IMG/VR virus record: IMGVR_UViG_645948499_000001
Coordinates: 1-64,000 of that record
Direction: 5' to 3' (one strand)
Length of the DNA: 64,000 nucleotides
Source of the DNA: a virus
Taxonomy: Duplodnaviria > Caudoviricetes
Shown here: positions 6,985 to 15,037 of the stretch, piece after piece
How positions within the stretch are numbered: position 1 is the first letter of the stretch
Layout: each line of letters opens with the position of its first letter
Program-made: the position numbers and the translations under genes
Notes under the pieces: model-generated
Database searches by the model: none
What the model saw: only the letters and a program-made list of their open reading frames with translations
What the model was told of the DNA's origin: nothing

Positions 6985-8229
6985 ATGAAGCGTTACACTG
7001 GCTTTGAATATCTCTGCATTGATGCCGCAAACCAGTTCGGCCACGACAAGCTCCTGTTCGAACAGCGTATCCAGTGGGTAATGGACCACTTCGATGAGCT
7101 TGAAGATCTGGAGTGCGATGAGAAGACTGCACCTCAGTACTACAAAGCTGTGCAAGCCATCCGTGAAGCACAGAAGGGTATTCCCTCTGGTCACTTGGTT
7201 GGCTTGGATGCTTGTTGCTCGGGCATGCAAATCATGTCTGCCCTTGGTGGCTGCATTGATGGTGCCCGTGCTACCAACTTGGTCAACACTGGCTTCCGTC
7301 AGGATGCTTACAGCTTGGTTACCACTGCTGCATCCACTGCAATGGGTGCTTCGGTAGGTGACATCAAGCGCTCGGACATCAAGAAGGCCACGATGACCCA
7401 CCTCTATGGTTCGAAGGCTGAGCCGAAGAAGCTGTTCGGTGAAGAGACTCCTGAACTGGAAGCCTTCTATGAAGGTATCCAGGCTGTATGTCCGATTCCG
7501 AACGAGATGCTGTCGGATCTGATCCACAGTCACCAGGCGTATCAAGAAGTCCACGAGTGGGTTCTGCCTGACAACTACCATGCTCGCGTCAAGTCGGTAG
7601 CCATGAAGGAAACCAGAATTGAAGTGGACGAGATGGACGGTGCTACCTTCGAGTACGCCTACAAGGTTGTCTGCGGTGAAGAGCGTAGCGTGAAGAACGC
7701 AGCGAACATCATTCACAGCATCGATGCCTACGTTCTGCGTTCCATGCATCGCCGCTGCAACTACGATCCGGTGATAACCGAGTACGCATTCGAAACCATC
7801 AGTGGTGAACTGATGCGTCGTGCTGTTCTGTACGATGTGACTCTGATTGAAACCAAGGATGAGAAGGTGAACACCTACATCGACCTCTACAACCGTACCA
7901 ACATGGTAGATGCTGTCATTCTGCCGTTCGTTAACACGCACTCTGTACAAGCCATGGAGACTGATCACCTGGAAGCACTGAGTGAACTGTGCGTAAGCAT
8001 GCTGGCTCACAAGCCGTTCCCTCTGGTGACGGTCCATGATGAGTTCAAGTGCCACGCCAATCACTGTAACGACATGCGTCAGCACTACATCAACATCTTC
8101 GCTGAGATGGCTGACAGCAACATCCTCAACGACATCTTCCACCAGATTACTGGCAGCTATGTGCAGTATGAAGGTGCGTACCACAACCTGTCTGAACTCA
8201 TTCGTGAGAGTGAGTATGCCCTGTCTTAA
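6985..8229 (+). CDS. RNA polymerase II subunit 2 (N4 gp16-like)
   Basis: Motif A DACCSGMQ, motif B RSDIKKATMTHLYG, motif C VHDEF; AGGAG RBS. Confidence 0.95.
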   Translation: MKRYTGFEYLCIDAANQFGHDKLLFEQRIQWVMDHFDELEDLECDEKTAPQYYKAVQAIREAQKGIPSGHLVGLDACCSGMQIMSALGGCIDGARATNLVNTGFRQDAYSLVTTAASTAMGASVGDIKRSDIKKATMTHLYGSKAEPKKLFGEETPELEAFYEGIQAVCPIPNEMLSDLIHSHQAYQEVHEWVLPDNYHARVKSVAMKETRIEVDEMDGATFEYAYKVVCGEERSVKNAANIIHSIDAYVLRSMHRRCNYDPVITEYAFETISGELMRRAVLYDVTLIETKDEKVNTYIDLYNRTNMVDAVILPFVNTHSVQAMETDHLEALSELCVSMLAHKPFPLVTVHDEFKCHANHCNDMRQHYINIFAEMADSNILNDIFHQITGSYVQYEGAYHNLSELIRESEYALS

Positions 8230-8237
8230 CTGAGTGG

Positions 8238-8253
8238 GCGTTCTCCGAACGCT
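8238..8253 (+). promoter_or_regulatory. Hairpin-promoter-like direct repeat, copy 1
   Basis: GCGTTC-TCC-GAACGC-T; template C-GGA-G loop as in N4 promoters; exact copy at 9522-9537. Confidence 0.65.
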
Positions 8254-8263
8254 CCATTGAGTT

Positions 8264-8305
8264 GGATCTTGTCTTCCCCTGAAAAGGGGAAGGCATCCTT
8301 TTTTT
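8264..8305 (+). terminator. Strong intrinsic terminator
   Basis: GTCTTCCCCT-GAAA-AGGGGAAGGC plus GGAT/ATCC, then T7. Confidence 0.85.
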
Positions 8306-8330
8306 GAGTAATCTCAAGGAGGGTTTCACC

Positions 8331-8531
8331 GTGTATTCGTCTGACCAACGGGAGCTACTGGAACTCATAGTGGAAACCGAGACCAGGCTAGACAGTCTCG
8401 AACCATATTCATATATGTACAACGAGTATAGGAACTTGGTTAAAAGAAACTTACCTTCCTGTGAGAAACTTACCTTGCTGTCTCTGGGTCTTGAGCATTT
8501 CCACAACCAGAAGTTAAAGGAGATGCTGTAA
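8331..8531 (+). CDS. Island protein, ELPG-family member
   Basis: AAGGAGG RBS before GTG 8331; LELIV...YRNLVKRNLPS similar to 9343-9519. Confidence 0.7.
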   Translation: MYSSDQRELLELIVETETRLDSLEPYSYMYNEYRNLVKRNLPSCEKLTLLSLGLEHFHNQKLKEML

Positions 8532-8731
8532 TGGAGAAAGATAAAGAGGTCAGGCTACTAGCTTCCATGCAATGGAGATACGTAGGCTTACTTCGTATTA
8601 AGTATGCCAAGGAAGAAAACTGGAAGGGGGTGGCTGATATGTTCAGGCGTGTTGATGCAATCCTGGGTCAACTACCCGAAGGTTCCAAGGTAGTGAATAA
8701 GATAGAGTTGGATTCACATACAAGGGTTTGA
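8531..8731 (+). CDS. Island protein, KYxKE-family member
   Basis: AAGGAG RBS, TAATG overlap. Confidence 0.75.
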   Translation: MEKDKEVRLLASMQWRYVGLLRIKYAKEENWKGVADMFRRVDAILGQLPEGSKVVNKIELDSHTRV

Positions 8732-8733
8732 CT

Positions 8734-8946
8734 ATGACTAAAGAAGAGGTCAAGGACTTTATCAGTAGCAGTCTTAAGAATGCTGTCATTTATATTCACT
8801 ACACCTACCTGTCAGATAAGTACAAAAAAGAGCTAGATTACCAACGAGTAGAAGAAATACTACAAAAGAGATTGGAGTACTACACCTCTTGTTCTTCGGT
8901 ACGTATTCGTGAAGTCAGGAAGTTACTGAATGATGGAGGTATCTAA
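8734..8946 (+). CDS. Island protein, KYxKE-family member
   Basis: DKYKKELDYQRVEEI versus IKYAKEENWKGVADM in 8531-8731. Confidence 0.7.
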   Translation: MTKEEVKDFISSSLKNAVIYIHYTYLSDKYKKELDYQRVEEILQKRLEYYTSCSSVRIREVRKLLNDGGI

Positions 8947-8949
8947 CAT

Positions 8950-9174
8950 ATGGAAGATGTTATTCTGGATCTATTAGAAGAGCGTCTGCTCTCGATGGGT
9001 ATTGGCCCTGAGAAGTGGCAGTTATCTAATGGTTGGGGTTTCCTTAAAGAGGAGTTACCCGGAACCTCCTCAGCTGTGCGCTCGGAAATCAACAGCAGGC
9101 TAGATGCCCGTCTATTTGGTAAGGTCCGCCAGATGTATAGGGAGAAACTATGCAAGACTACGAACTCGAAGTAG
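8950..9174 (+). CDS. Island protein, ELPG-family member
   Basis: GGAGG RBS; LLEERL..MGI...W...FLKEELPG. Confidence 0.8.
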   Translation: MEDVILDLLEERLLSMGIGPEKWQLSNGWGFLKEELPGTSSAVRSEINSRLDARLFGKVRQMYREKLCKTTNSK

Positions 9175-9356
9175 CTAATCTCCTGAAAGAACGACTCGCT
9201 TTACAAGGTATAAGCGTGACTACCTGGGATAGCTTCGATTCCACCGACTTCTTTTTTAAGGAGTTACCAGGTCTTGAAACCATGGATAAGGTAGGAATCG
9301 CTCTCAAGGTGGACTACCTATTCTACGGACGAGGATGTCGAAATGGTCTCCAGTGA
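9150..9356 (+). CDS. Island protein, ELPG-family member
   Basis: GGAG RBS; LLKERL..QGI...W...FFFKELPGL. Confidence 0.8.
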   Translation: MQDYELEVANLLKERLALQGISVTTWDSFDSTDFFFKELPGLETMDKVGIALKVDYLFYGRGCRNGLQ

Positions 9357-9519
9357 AGCAATCGACTTAATTGTCTCTGAACATTGGGGTAACTGTACTT
9401 CTTACCATCAGGTCTACAAGATCATCATATGTAGAGAGCTTCCTGGTTTGAGTAAGGAAGACTATTACAACATACAGAGGGAAGTTGTTCGAAGGTACCG
9501 TCAGCAAACCAGATTCTAA
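9343..9519 (+). CDS. Island protein, ELPG-family member (58 aa, absent from the ORF track)
   Basis: Read by hand: MVSSEAIDLIVSEH...YKIIICRELPGLSKE...; GAGGA RBS. Confidence 0.7.
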   Translation: MVSSEAIDLIVSEHWGNCTSYHQVYKIIICRELPGLSKEDYYNIQREVVRRYRQQTRF

Positions 9520-9520
9520 T

Positions 9521-9537
9521 AGCGTTCTCCGAACGCT
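9521..9537 (+). promoter_or_regulatory. Hairpin-promoter-like direct repeat, copy 2
   Basis: AGCGTTC-TCC-GAACGCT, perfect 7-bp stem, followed by TTCATG. Confidence 0.65.
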
Positions 9538-9595
9538 TTCATGCTGCTTAGCTTAATTAATTAGTTTTCTTTTTCTTTTTTAGGAGCAAAGAGAT

Positions 9596-9814
9596 ATGCG
9601 CAAATCCTACCTTCTGTTTCTGGATCGTTCTGCTGCGGTGATTGGCATTGTGATGGTAATCATCGCTGCCATTGTCGGCCAACAGCTGGGCGGTGAGATC
9701 TTCGGCCTGCTGTTCGCACTAGGTGGTGCCCTCGCTGTAGGCGCCTCCTTCGGACTCTGGTTTGTCCTGTATGGGATCTACGAAGAAGTCCAGAAACTCA
9801 ACCAATCCAAGTAA
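9596..9814 (+). CDS. Two-TM membrane protein (72 aa)
   Basis: AGGAG RBS; two hydrophobic helices. Confidence 0.85.
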   Translation: MRKSYLLFLDRSAAVIGIVMVIIAAIVGQQLGGEIFGLLFALGGALAVGASFGLWFVLYGIYEEVQKLNQSK

Positions 9815-9824
9815 GGAGTACCCC

Positions 9825-10292
9825 ATGATCAAAGTATTCATCCCCTTCCTGAACCAGTACCGCCAAGCACGCGAGATTCGTGTGTTGGAAGACCTGCTGA
9901 AGCAGATGCGCCATCGCTTCCACGATGCCCAGGACGAACGGGACAGTCTCGCTGACCGTGTGCGTAGCACCTATGCCCGCCTGGAAGACAAGCGCATTCA
10001 GCTGGAAGACCTGGAGCGCAAGCTCAAGTCTGCCGAGCGCCTGAGCCGTCGTGTCATGGAGGCCAACAAGGAACTGTCCGAACAGCTGAAGGACGTGGTG
10101 GCCGAGCGTGACCGCTACGTGAAAGAAGCCCAAGCCAAGAAGCCCCTGACCGAAGATATGGTCAGTCTCATGGCCCTGATCAATACGCTGAAGAATGCCC
10201 ACACCACGGCACAGCGTGTTCCCACTCAACGCAACCACGAGCAGTTCGTAATGGCTGCTACCAACGTGGCACTCCAAGCCAAGAAGGTGTAA
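9825..10292 (+). CDS. Coiled-coil protein
   Basis: TAAGGAG RBS before ATG 9825; heptad-rich. Confidence 0.85.
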   Translation: MIKVFIPFLNQYRQAREIRVLEDLLKQMRHRFHDAQDERDSLADRVRSTYARLEDKRIQLEDLERKLKSAERLSRRVMEANKELSEQLKDVVAERDRYVKEAQAKKPLTEDMVSLMALINTLKNAHTTAQRVPTQRNHEQFVMAATNVALQAKKV

Positions 10293-10295
10293 CCA

Positions 10296-10910
10296 ATGGC
10301 CAGACTTCCCCTGGTTTGGGAGGACGAGATCAAGACCCTGGACCTCGAAACCCTGGGTCTGGGTAAGTTCGACCAACCTGTAGCAAACATCGTGGATATC
10401 CGAGCAGATAACAAGATGCTCGATGTCCAATTCATCCACAACTTCAAGTTGTATACCGCCGTTTACTCTCGGGAGTCCGTAGCCACTCTGAAACAGGGGC
10501 TACGGAAGTTCGTGGAGGTAACTCGTGGCCATCTGGTGAACACCCGGTTCGTGATCGGCATTATTCAAACCGGTCCGAACTACTACCTGCGCCTTCGTGT
10601 GCTGGATGACCATCCAATCATCCAATGCAGTCGTCGGCAAGGTGAACTTCTTCACATGGCCTACCACCGTGAAGGCATCAATGCCTACGAAGCCTGGAAG
10701 ACCAAGTTCGGATACCCGGTGAAGATCCCTGCGGGACTGAACTCGGGATCGAACAAGGTGCGTACTGGCTACGTCTACGGCATAGACAGTCTCATCAAGA
10801 AAGATGCATGGGGACGAGAATATCGCGTTATGCATCTGCAAGACATTCGGGGAGACCACATTGGTAGCTTCCCCTCAATCCTGCTGAGGAAAACGTATGG
10901 ACAACAGTAA
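10296..10910 (+). CDS. LytTR-domain DNA-binding protein (AlgR-like, no receiver domain)
   Basis: IVDIRADNKM...FVEVTRGHLVN..FVIGI...YLRLRVLDD...IQCSRRQ fits the LytTR consensus. Confidence 0.7.
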   Translation: MARLPLVWEDEIKTLDLETLGLGKFDQPVANIVDIRADNKMLDVQFIHNFKLYTAVYSRESVATLKQGLRKFVEVTRGHLVNTRFVIGIIQTGPNYYLRLRVLDDHPIIQCSRRQGELLHMAYHREGINAYEAWKTKFGYPVKIPAGLNSGSNKVRTGYVYGIDSLIKKDAWGREYRVMHLQDIRGDHIGSFPSILLRKTYGQQ

Positions 10911-11352
10911 ACTCACCGAGATCGCCAACATCCTGTTGGACTTCCAGGATCGCATTTCCAATCTGGAATCCGGACTGGAAACCACGGCTGCGTTCAAGAT
11001 GGCGAACCTTCGTGCCATCAACCAACTGGTTCCCGAAACCAGTCAGGAAGAGCAGGGCACTACCCTCACTGCAAGCGAAATGCAGGAAGTCCGTGATGGG
11101 TTCGTGGCCGTGGTAGAAGAAAGGGACATGCTTCTGGCAAGCGACCAGGTTCTGCAAGAAGAACTGAAACAGCGGGAGGAAGAGTTCACCAACTTGACGG
11201 CAGAACGCAATGACCTGCTGGCTTTCAAAAAGAAAGTCACTGTTACCTTGGGTATCTCCCCGGAAACCCACCCGAACCAGGCTGCCCACATCCTGACCAA
11301 CCTGAAAAACGATTCGGTCATCCTGGCCAAGGTCCGGGCGGCGTTCAAATAA
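10897..11352 (+). CDS. Coiled-coil protein (151 aa)
   Basis: GAGGA RBS; heptad pattern. Confidence 0.8.
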   Translation: MDNSKLTEIANILLDFQDRISNLESGLETTAAFKMANLRAINQLVPETSQEEQGTTLTASEMQEVRDGFVAVVEERDMLLASDQVLQEELKQREEEFTNLTAERNDLLAFKKKVTVTLGISPETHPNQAAHILTNLKNDSVILAKVRAAFK

Positions 11353-11371
11353 CCTAAACCATGGAGGCTAC

Positions 11372-11551
11372 ATGAGCCAGTTCCAAGAAGTACGGCCTGT
11401 AGCCCAGGCGCTGTACCCAACGCACCCCTCAACGAAAGATGCCCTCGAAGAAGCAAGACTTCTGCTTCCCGGGGGCACACATCACGACTTCATGCGGGCA
11501 TTAATGGGTTACCACAACACCCTCGTGAAAGTCATGGAAGAGCAGTGCTGA
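11372..11551 (+). CDS. Small hypothetical protein (59 aa, ...LMGYHNTL...)
   Basis: Read by hand; GGAGG RBS. Confidence 0.75.
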   Translation: MSQFQEVRPVAQALYPTHPSTKDALEEARLLLPGGTHHDFMRALMGYHNTLVKVMEEQC

Positions 11552-12335
11552 TCCGATTACCTATACCTACCCGGAACAGCTGGTGGTAGGAGATAGATGG
11601 GTTTATTCCATCTTCAGAAGAGATGGACAGTTTTAGCTTTCCTCCTGTGTCATCGAAACCATAGGTATCTGGGTTTTCTGGACCAAGGAAAGTGACCGAG
11701 AACCCAGGTACTGGAACAGTCAGATACCGAACGATCTGCATAGCAGCCATACCAGCCGCAGGAATCTGCACCTTGATGTCCATTCTTGGGGTTTCGTCTC
11801 TGTACATCGGAACCTCCGTAGAGGTGATTGTGTACTCTTCACCACTCGGTGGTTTAATCGTGAGCCTGTAGATCCAAGCTTTTGGTTGAGGTCGCCCCAC
11901 TACCTGGGCAGTGAGTCGCATACGAGGCACATCATCTGCGCCTTGGATCAACGCAATCGGGTGCTCATCCATTGCCCAGTCCGGTTGATAGTTACTCGGC
12001 GGTGAATAGATGATCCTGAAGTAAAGTTCCTTCGTCGAGGCGTGGTCATGGACTGCACCGAAACCAGTCCTGTAAGCATAATGCCCATTTTCATTGGTAC
12101 GTATAGGTGAAAGATAATGACCACCGGTTGGATAAGGAGTTATCCACATAGAGTTACCAGGAAGCGATTTGAGAACTAAACCTTCTGGGTTAGATCGCCA
12201 CTCTTGGACAATTGCATTATTCGGTACTACAAACCGTGGGTCCGCAATGAAGGAGAAGTTCTCATCCGGTACGTTAGGGTCTGCTTTTCGACGGAATCGC
12301 TCCCTGCATGTACGGAAGTAGTGGTTGATGTTCAT
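11532..12335 (-). CDS. Beta-rich putative virion protein (267 aa)
   Basis: GAGGAGG RBS, TAATG coupling to the collagen-like gene; late-strand orientation. Confidence 0.75.
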   Translation of the reverse strand: MNINHYFRTCRERFRRKADPNVPDENFSFIADPRFVVPNNAIVQEWRSNPEGLVLKSLPGNSMWITPYPTGGHYLSPIRTNENGHYAYRTGFGAVHDHASTKELYFRIIYSPPSNYQPDWAMDEHPIALIQGADDVPRMRLTAQVVGRPQPKAWIYRLTIKPPSGEEYTITSTEVPMYRDETPRMDIKVQIPAAGMAAMQIVRYLTVPVPGFSVTFLGPENPDTYGFDDTGGKLKLSISSEDGINPSISYHQLFRVGIGNRISTALP

Positions 12336-13024
12336 TAAGCCTCCTCTACCGGAACGTTGGTGCCAGTGGCGTACCACTTAGCTGCACCACGCAACAAACC
12401 AATGGTGGCGTTCTGCTCAGCGTGCGGAGCAAAAGCAACCAGAGTTTCGCCTGCTGCTGTCTTGAGGTCGATCCGCCCCATGGTATTGACCAGTAGACAG
12501 GAGAACGGTTTGGTATCAGTAGCAGTGATCTTCGGGGGAGTAACCTCCACGTCAGCAGCTACATCGAATACCAGCATGAAGTTATCGTCACCGGCCTGAA
12601 TGGTGTAAGGATTGGTGGTGAGGTGACGGATAGATACGGAACCCGGATCCCCGTCCTTGCCAGGAGCGCCATCTTTCCCCGGTGCACCGTCTTTACCGGG
12701 AGCACCGGGGTTTCCATCCTTACCTGGTGCGCCTGGATTACCCTTCAGCGAAGCAATGAAAGCAGCTTCGTCACCGGTGTTCCCTTGGTCAAGCCAGATC
12801 TGGTAAGCGGATTTTCCGTCTGCCCCTGGAAGACCAGGTTCACCTCCTCCACCACCCCCTCCGATGATGTTGATATCCCCGCGTCCAACCATGACGGCAG
12901 GCTGGTTCTGCACTTCGAAAGGCTGTCCGCAAATGGACCAACCGTTTTCCAGGTACATCGCCAGGAGAGTCTCCAGCGTTTTACCGGATTGTTGCTGTAC
13001 CAGTTTGAATTCTGGTGCAGCCAT
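12335..13024 (-). CDS. Collagen-like putative head or tail fibre protein
   Basis: GKSAYQIW...F.ASLKG motif, 11 Gly-X-Y triplets, DUF1737-like N-terminus. Confidence 0.8.
   Translation of the reverse strand: MAAPEFKLVQQQSGKTLETLLAMYLENGWSICGQPFEVQNQPAVMVGRGDINIIGGGGGGGEPGLPGADGKSAYQIWLDQGNTGDEAAFIASLKGNPGAPGKDGNPGAPGKDGAPGKDGAPGKDGDPGSVSIRHLTTNPYTIQAGDDNFMLVFDVAADVEVTPPKITATDTKPFSCLLVNTMGRIDLKTAAGETLVAFAPHAEQNATIGLLRGAAKWYATGTNVPVEEA
12638..12742 (-). repeat. Collagen Gly-X-Y repeat
   Basis: GNPGAPGKDGNPGAPGKDGAPGKDGAPGKDGDPGS. Confidence 0.9.
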
Positions 13025-13072
13025 TGTGTATCCCTCATCAATGAATGAAACCCAAGTCTACAGGAGTTTGTA

Positions 13073-13915
13073 ATGACCAACATCAATGCAGGTGCAATCG
13101 AATCTATCCGTCGCTGCATGACGGTACACATGGAGTCCATCGGAACCGTGCGTCCGCACTTCATACTCACCGGTTCCAGTGGTGCAGGTAAGTCGTACAC
13201 CGTCCAAGCCATCGCAGAAGAACTCGACCTTCCCTTTGTCGAGATCAACTGCGCCCAGCTGACGAAGGAAGGGCTGTCAGGTAACAGCTTGGCCAAAGAG
13301 ATGGCCGCTGTTAAAGGATTCTCCGGCATTCCCACGGTTGTGTTTGCCGACGAGTTCGACAAGCTGCTGATCTCGGGCAATTCCAACTCGGACCTGGCCC
13401 ATGAAAGCACTGCGGGGGTTCAGAATGAATTCCTGAAGATGCTGGAATCGGACATCACCAAGGTCTACGGCGACTACGGCAAGTACCAAGAAGTGAACGT
13501 CGGCAAAGTCCTCTTCATCTTCGCCGGCGCCTTCAATGGCGTGGACATGAACAACCTCGACGACCTGCGTTCCGTCGGAGTCAAGAACGAGTTCCTGGGC
13601 CGTGTGCCTCTGCACTTCCATTTGGAGAAGCCGACCCTCGAAGATCTCCTGGGCCTGCTCAATCGCTCGGCTCTGATGGAGGGCTACCTCGAACTGTTCT
13701 CTTCCGTGAAGCGCGACACGGCCCGCAAGGCCATTGCCGAAGCCATCAAGCAAGGCTACGACAGCAACACCCTGGGCGTTCGGTTCATCAACACCCTGGT
13801 ACACCAGTACTTCATCGAAGGTGGCTTCCAGGCCAAAAAGCCTTCGCAGAAGCGACCGGCTCGTTCACCCCACAAGCAGCCGCTGGACTTCTCCCGTGGC
13901 GCTGCAACCCGTTAA
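13073..13915 (+). CDS. ClpX/HslU-like AAA+ ATPase (truncated)
   Basis: Walker A GSSGAGKS, Walker B VFADEFDK, GVQNEFLKMLE, LFIFAGAF, EFLGRVP, LGVR. Confidence 0.85.
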   Translation: MTNINAGAIESIRRCMTVHMESIGTVRPHFILTGSSGAGKSYTVQAIAEELDLPFVEINCAQLTKEGLSGNSLAKEMAAVKGFSGIPTVVFADEFDKLLISGNSNSDLAHESTAGVQNEFLKMLESDITKVYGDYGKYQEVNVGKVLFIFAGAFNGVDMNNLDDLRSVGVKNEFLGRVPLHFHLEKPTLEDLLGLLNRSALMEGYLELFSSVKRDTARKAIAEAIKQGYDSNTLGVRFINTLVHQYFIEGGFQAKKPSQKRPARSPHKQPLDFSRGAATR

Positions 13916-13949
13916 CTGAAACCAATCACTGTTCATTCTGGAGAACATC

Positions 13950-15020
13950 ATGCACTTCGACGAAACTCAGAAAGTATCCATCTTCAAGGCCGGCAACATC
14001 CTGCGTCGCTACCTCAAGTGCGGCCTGGTGCCCATGCTTCACGGTTCCCCGGCAATCGGTAAGTCCGCCCTGGTCAAGAGCTTGGCCAAGGAGTTCAACC
14101 TGCTGGTGATCGACGAACGTCTGTCTCAGTGTGATCCCACCGACCTGAAAGGTCTGCCGGACCTGGCCGGTGATCGTGCCACCTTCAAGACCTTCGACCA
14201 CCTCCCTCTCGAAGGGGACAAGATCCCGGCAGGCTACAACGGCTGGCTGCTGTTCCTGGACGAGATCAACTCGGCGGACGACACCCGTCAAGCAGCAGCG
14301 TACAAGCTGGTGCTGGATCGGATGGTCGGCCACAAGAATCTTCACCCGTCCGTGGCCATCGTTGCAGCAGGCAACCTGGAAACCGATGGTGCAATCGTCA
14401 ACCCGCTGTCTTCGGCACTCATCAGTCGCTTCGTGCACCTGTACGTCGAGCATGACCTGAAGTCCTGGCTGAACAACGTTGCTCTGCCGAATGGCTACAG
14501 CAGCGTGATCACCTCCTACCTGGAGTTCCAGCCGAACGCCTTCTACACCTTCGACCCGGCCAACGAGGGCCAGATCTACGCAGCACCTCGTACCTGGGAG
14601 TTCGCCAACGCCCTGATCACCGACATGGTTGCCGGCTCCAATGGGCAGGTTCACACCATCCTGAACAGCATGGAGAACCGCATTGCTCTGGCCGGTGCCA
14701 TCGGCATGGGCAACGTGGTCACCTTCAAGGCATTCGTGGACTACTACGAGTCCGTACCGAAGGCCGAGGACTTGATCAACAACCCGGAAACCGTACCGGT
14801 GCCGGAAGACAACCCAGGTCTGCTGTGTGCAATCTGCGGCGCCATCGGCGAGATCATGGACGCCGAGAACGCGGAGCAACTGCTCAAGTACATCAACCGT
14901 CTTCCGGCTGACTACCGTGTGGTTGCCCTGAAAGGGGCAGTCAAGCGTCGTGGTGCTGGTTTGATCTCCGTACCGGCCATTTCCAACTGGATGATGGCCA
15001 ACGCCGACAAACTGCTCTAA
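13950..15020 (+). CDS. MoxR-like AAA+ ATPase (N4 gp24-like)
   Basis: GSPAIGKS, LLFLDEIN, AAGN, ALISRF, APRTWE. Confidence 0.9.
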   Translation: MHFDETQKVSIFKAGNILRRYLKCGLVPMLHGSPAIGKSALVKSLAKEFNLLVIDERLSQCDPTDLKGLPDLAGDRATFKTFDHLPLEGDKIPAGYNGWLLFLDEINSADDTRQAAAYKLVLDRMVGHKNLHPSVAIVAAGNLETDGAIVNPLSSALISRFVHLYVEHDLKSWLNNVALPNGYSSVITSYLEFQPNAFYTFDPANEGQIYAAPRTWEFANALITDMVAGSNGQVHTILNSMENRIALAGAIGMGNVVTFKAFVDYYESVPKAEDLINNPETVPVPEDNPGLLCAICGAIGEIMDAENAEQLLKYINRLPADYRVVALKGAVKRRGAGLISVPAISNWMMANADKLL

Positions 15021-15037
15021 GCCAAAGGAGGCATCAA

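Noticed and set aside
8238-9537. Island as an IS or integrative element
   Set aside because: No transposase or integrase and no terminal inverted repeats; the flanks are promoter-like direct repeats
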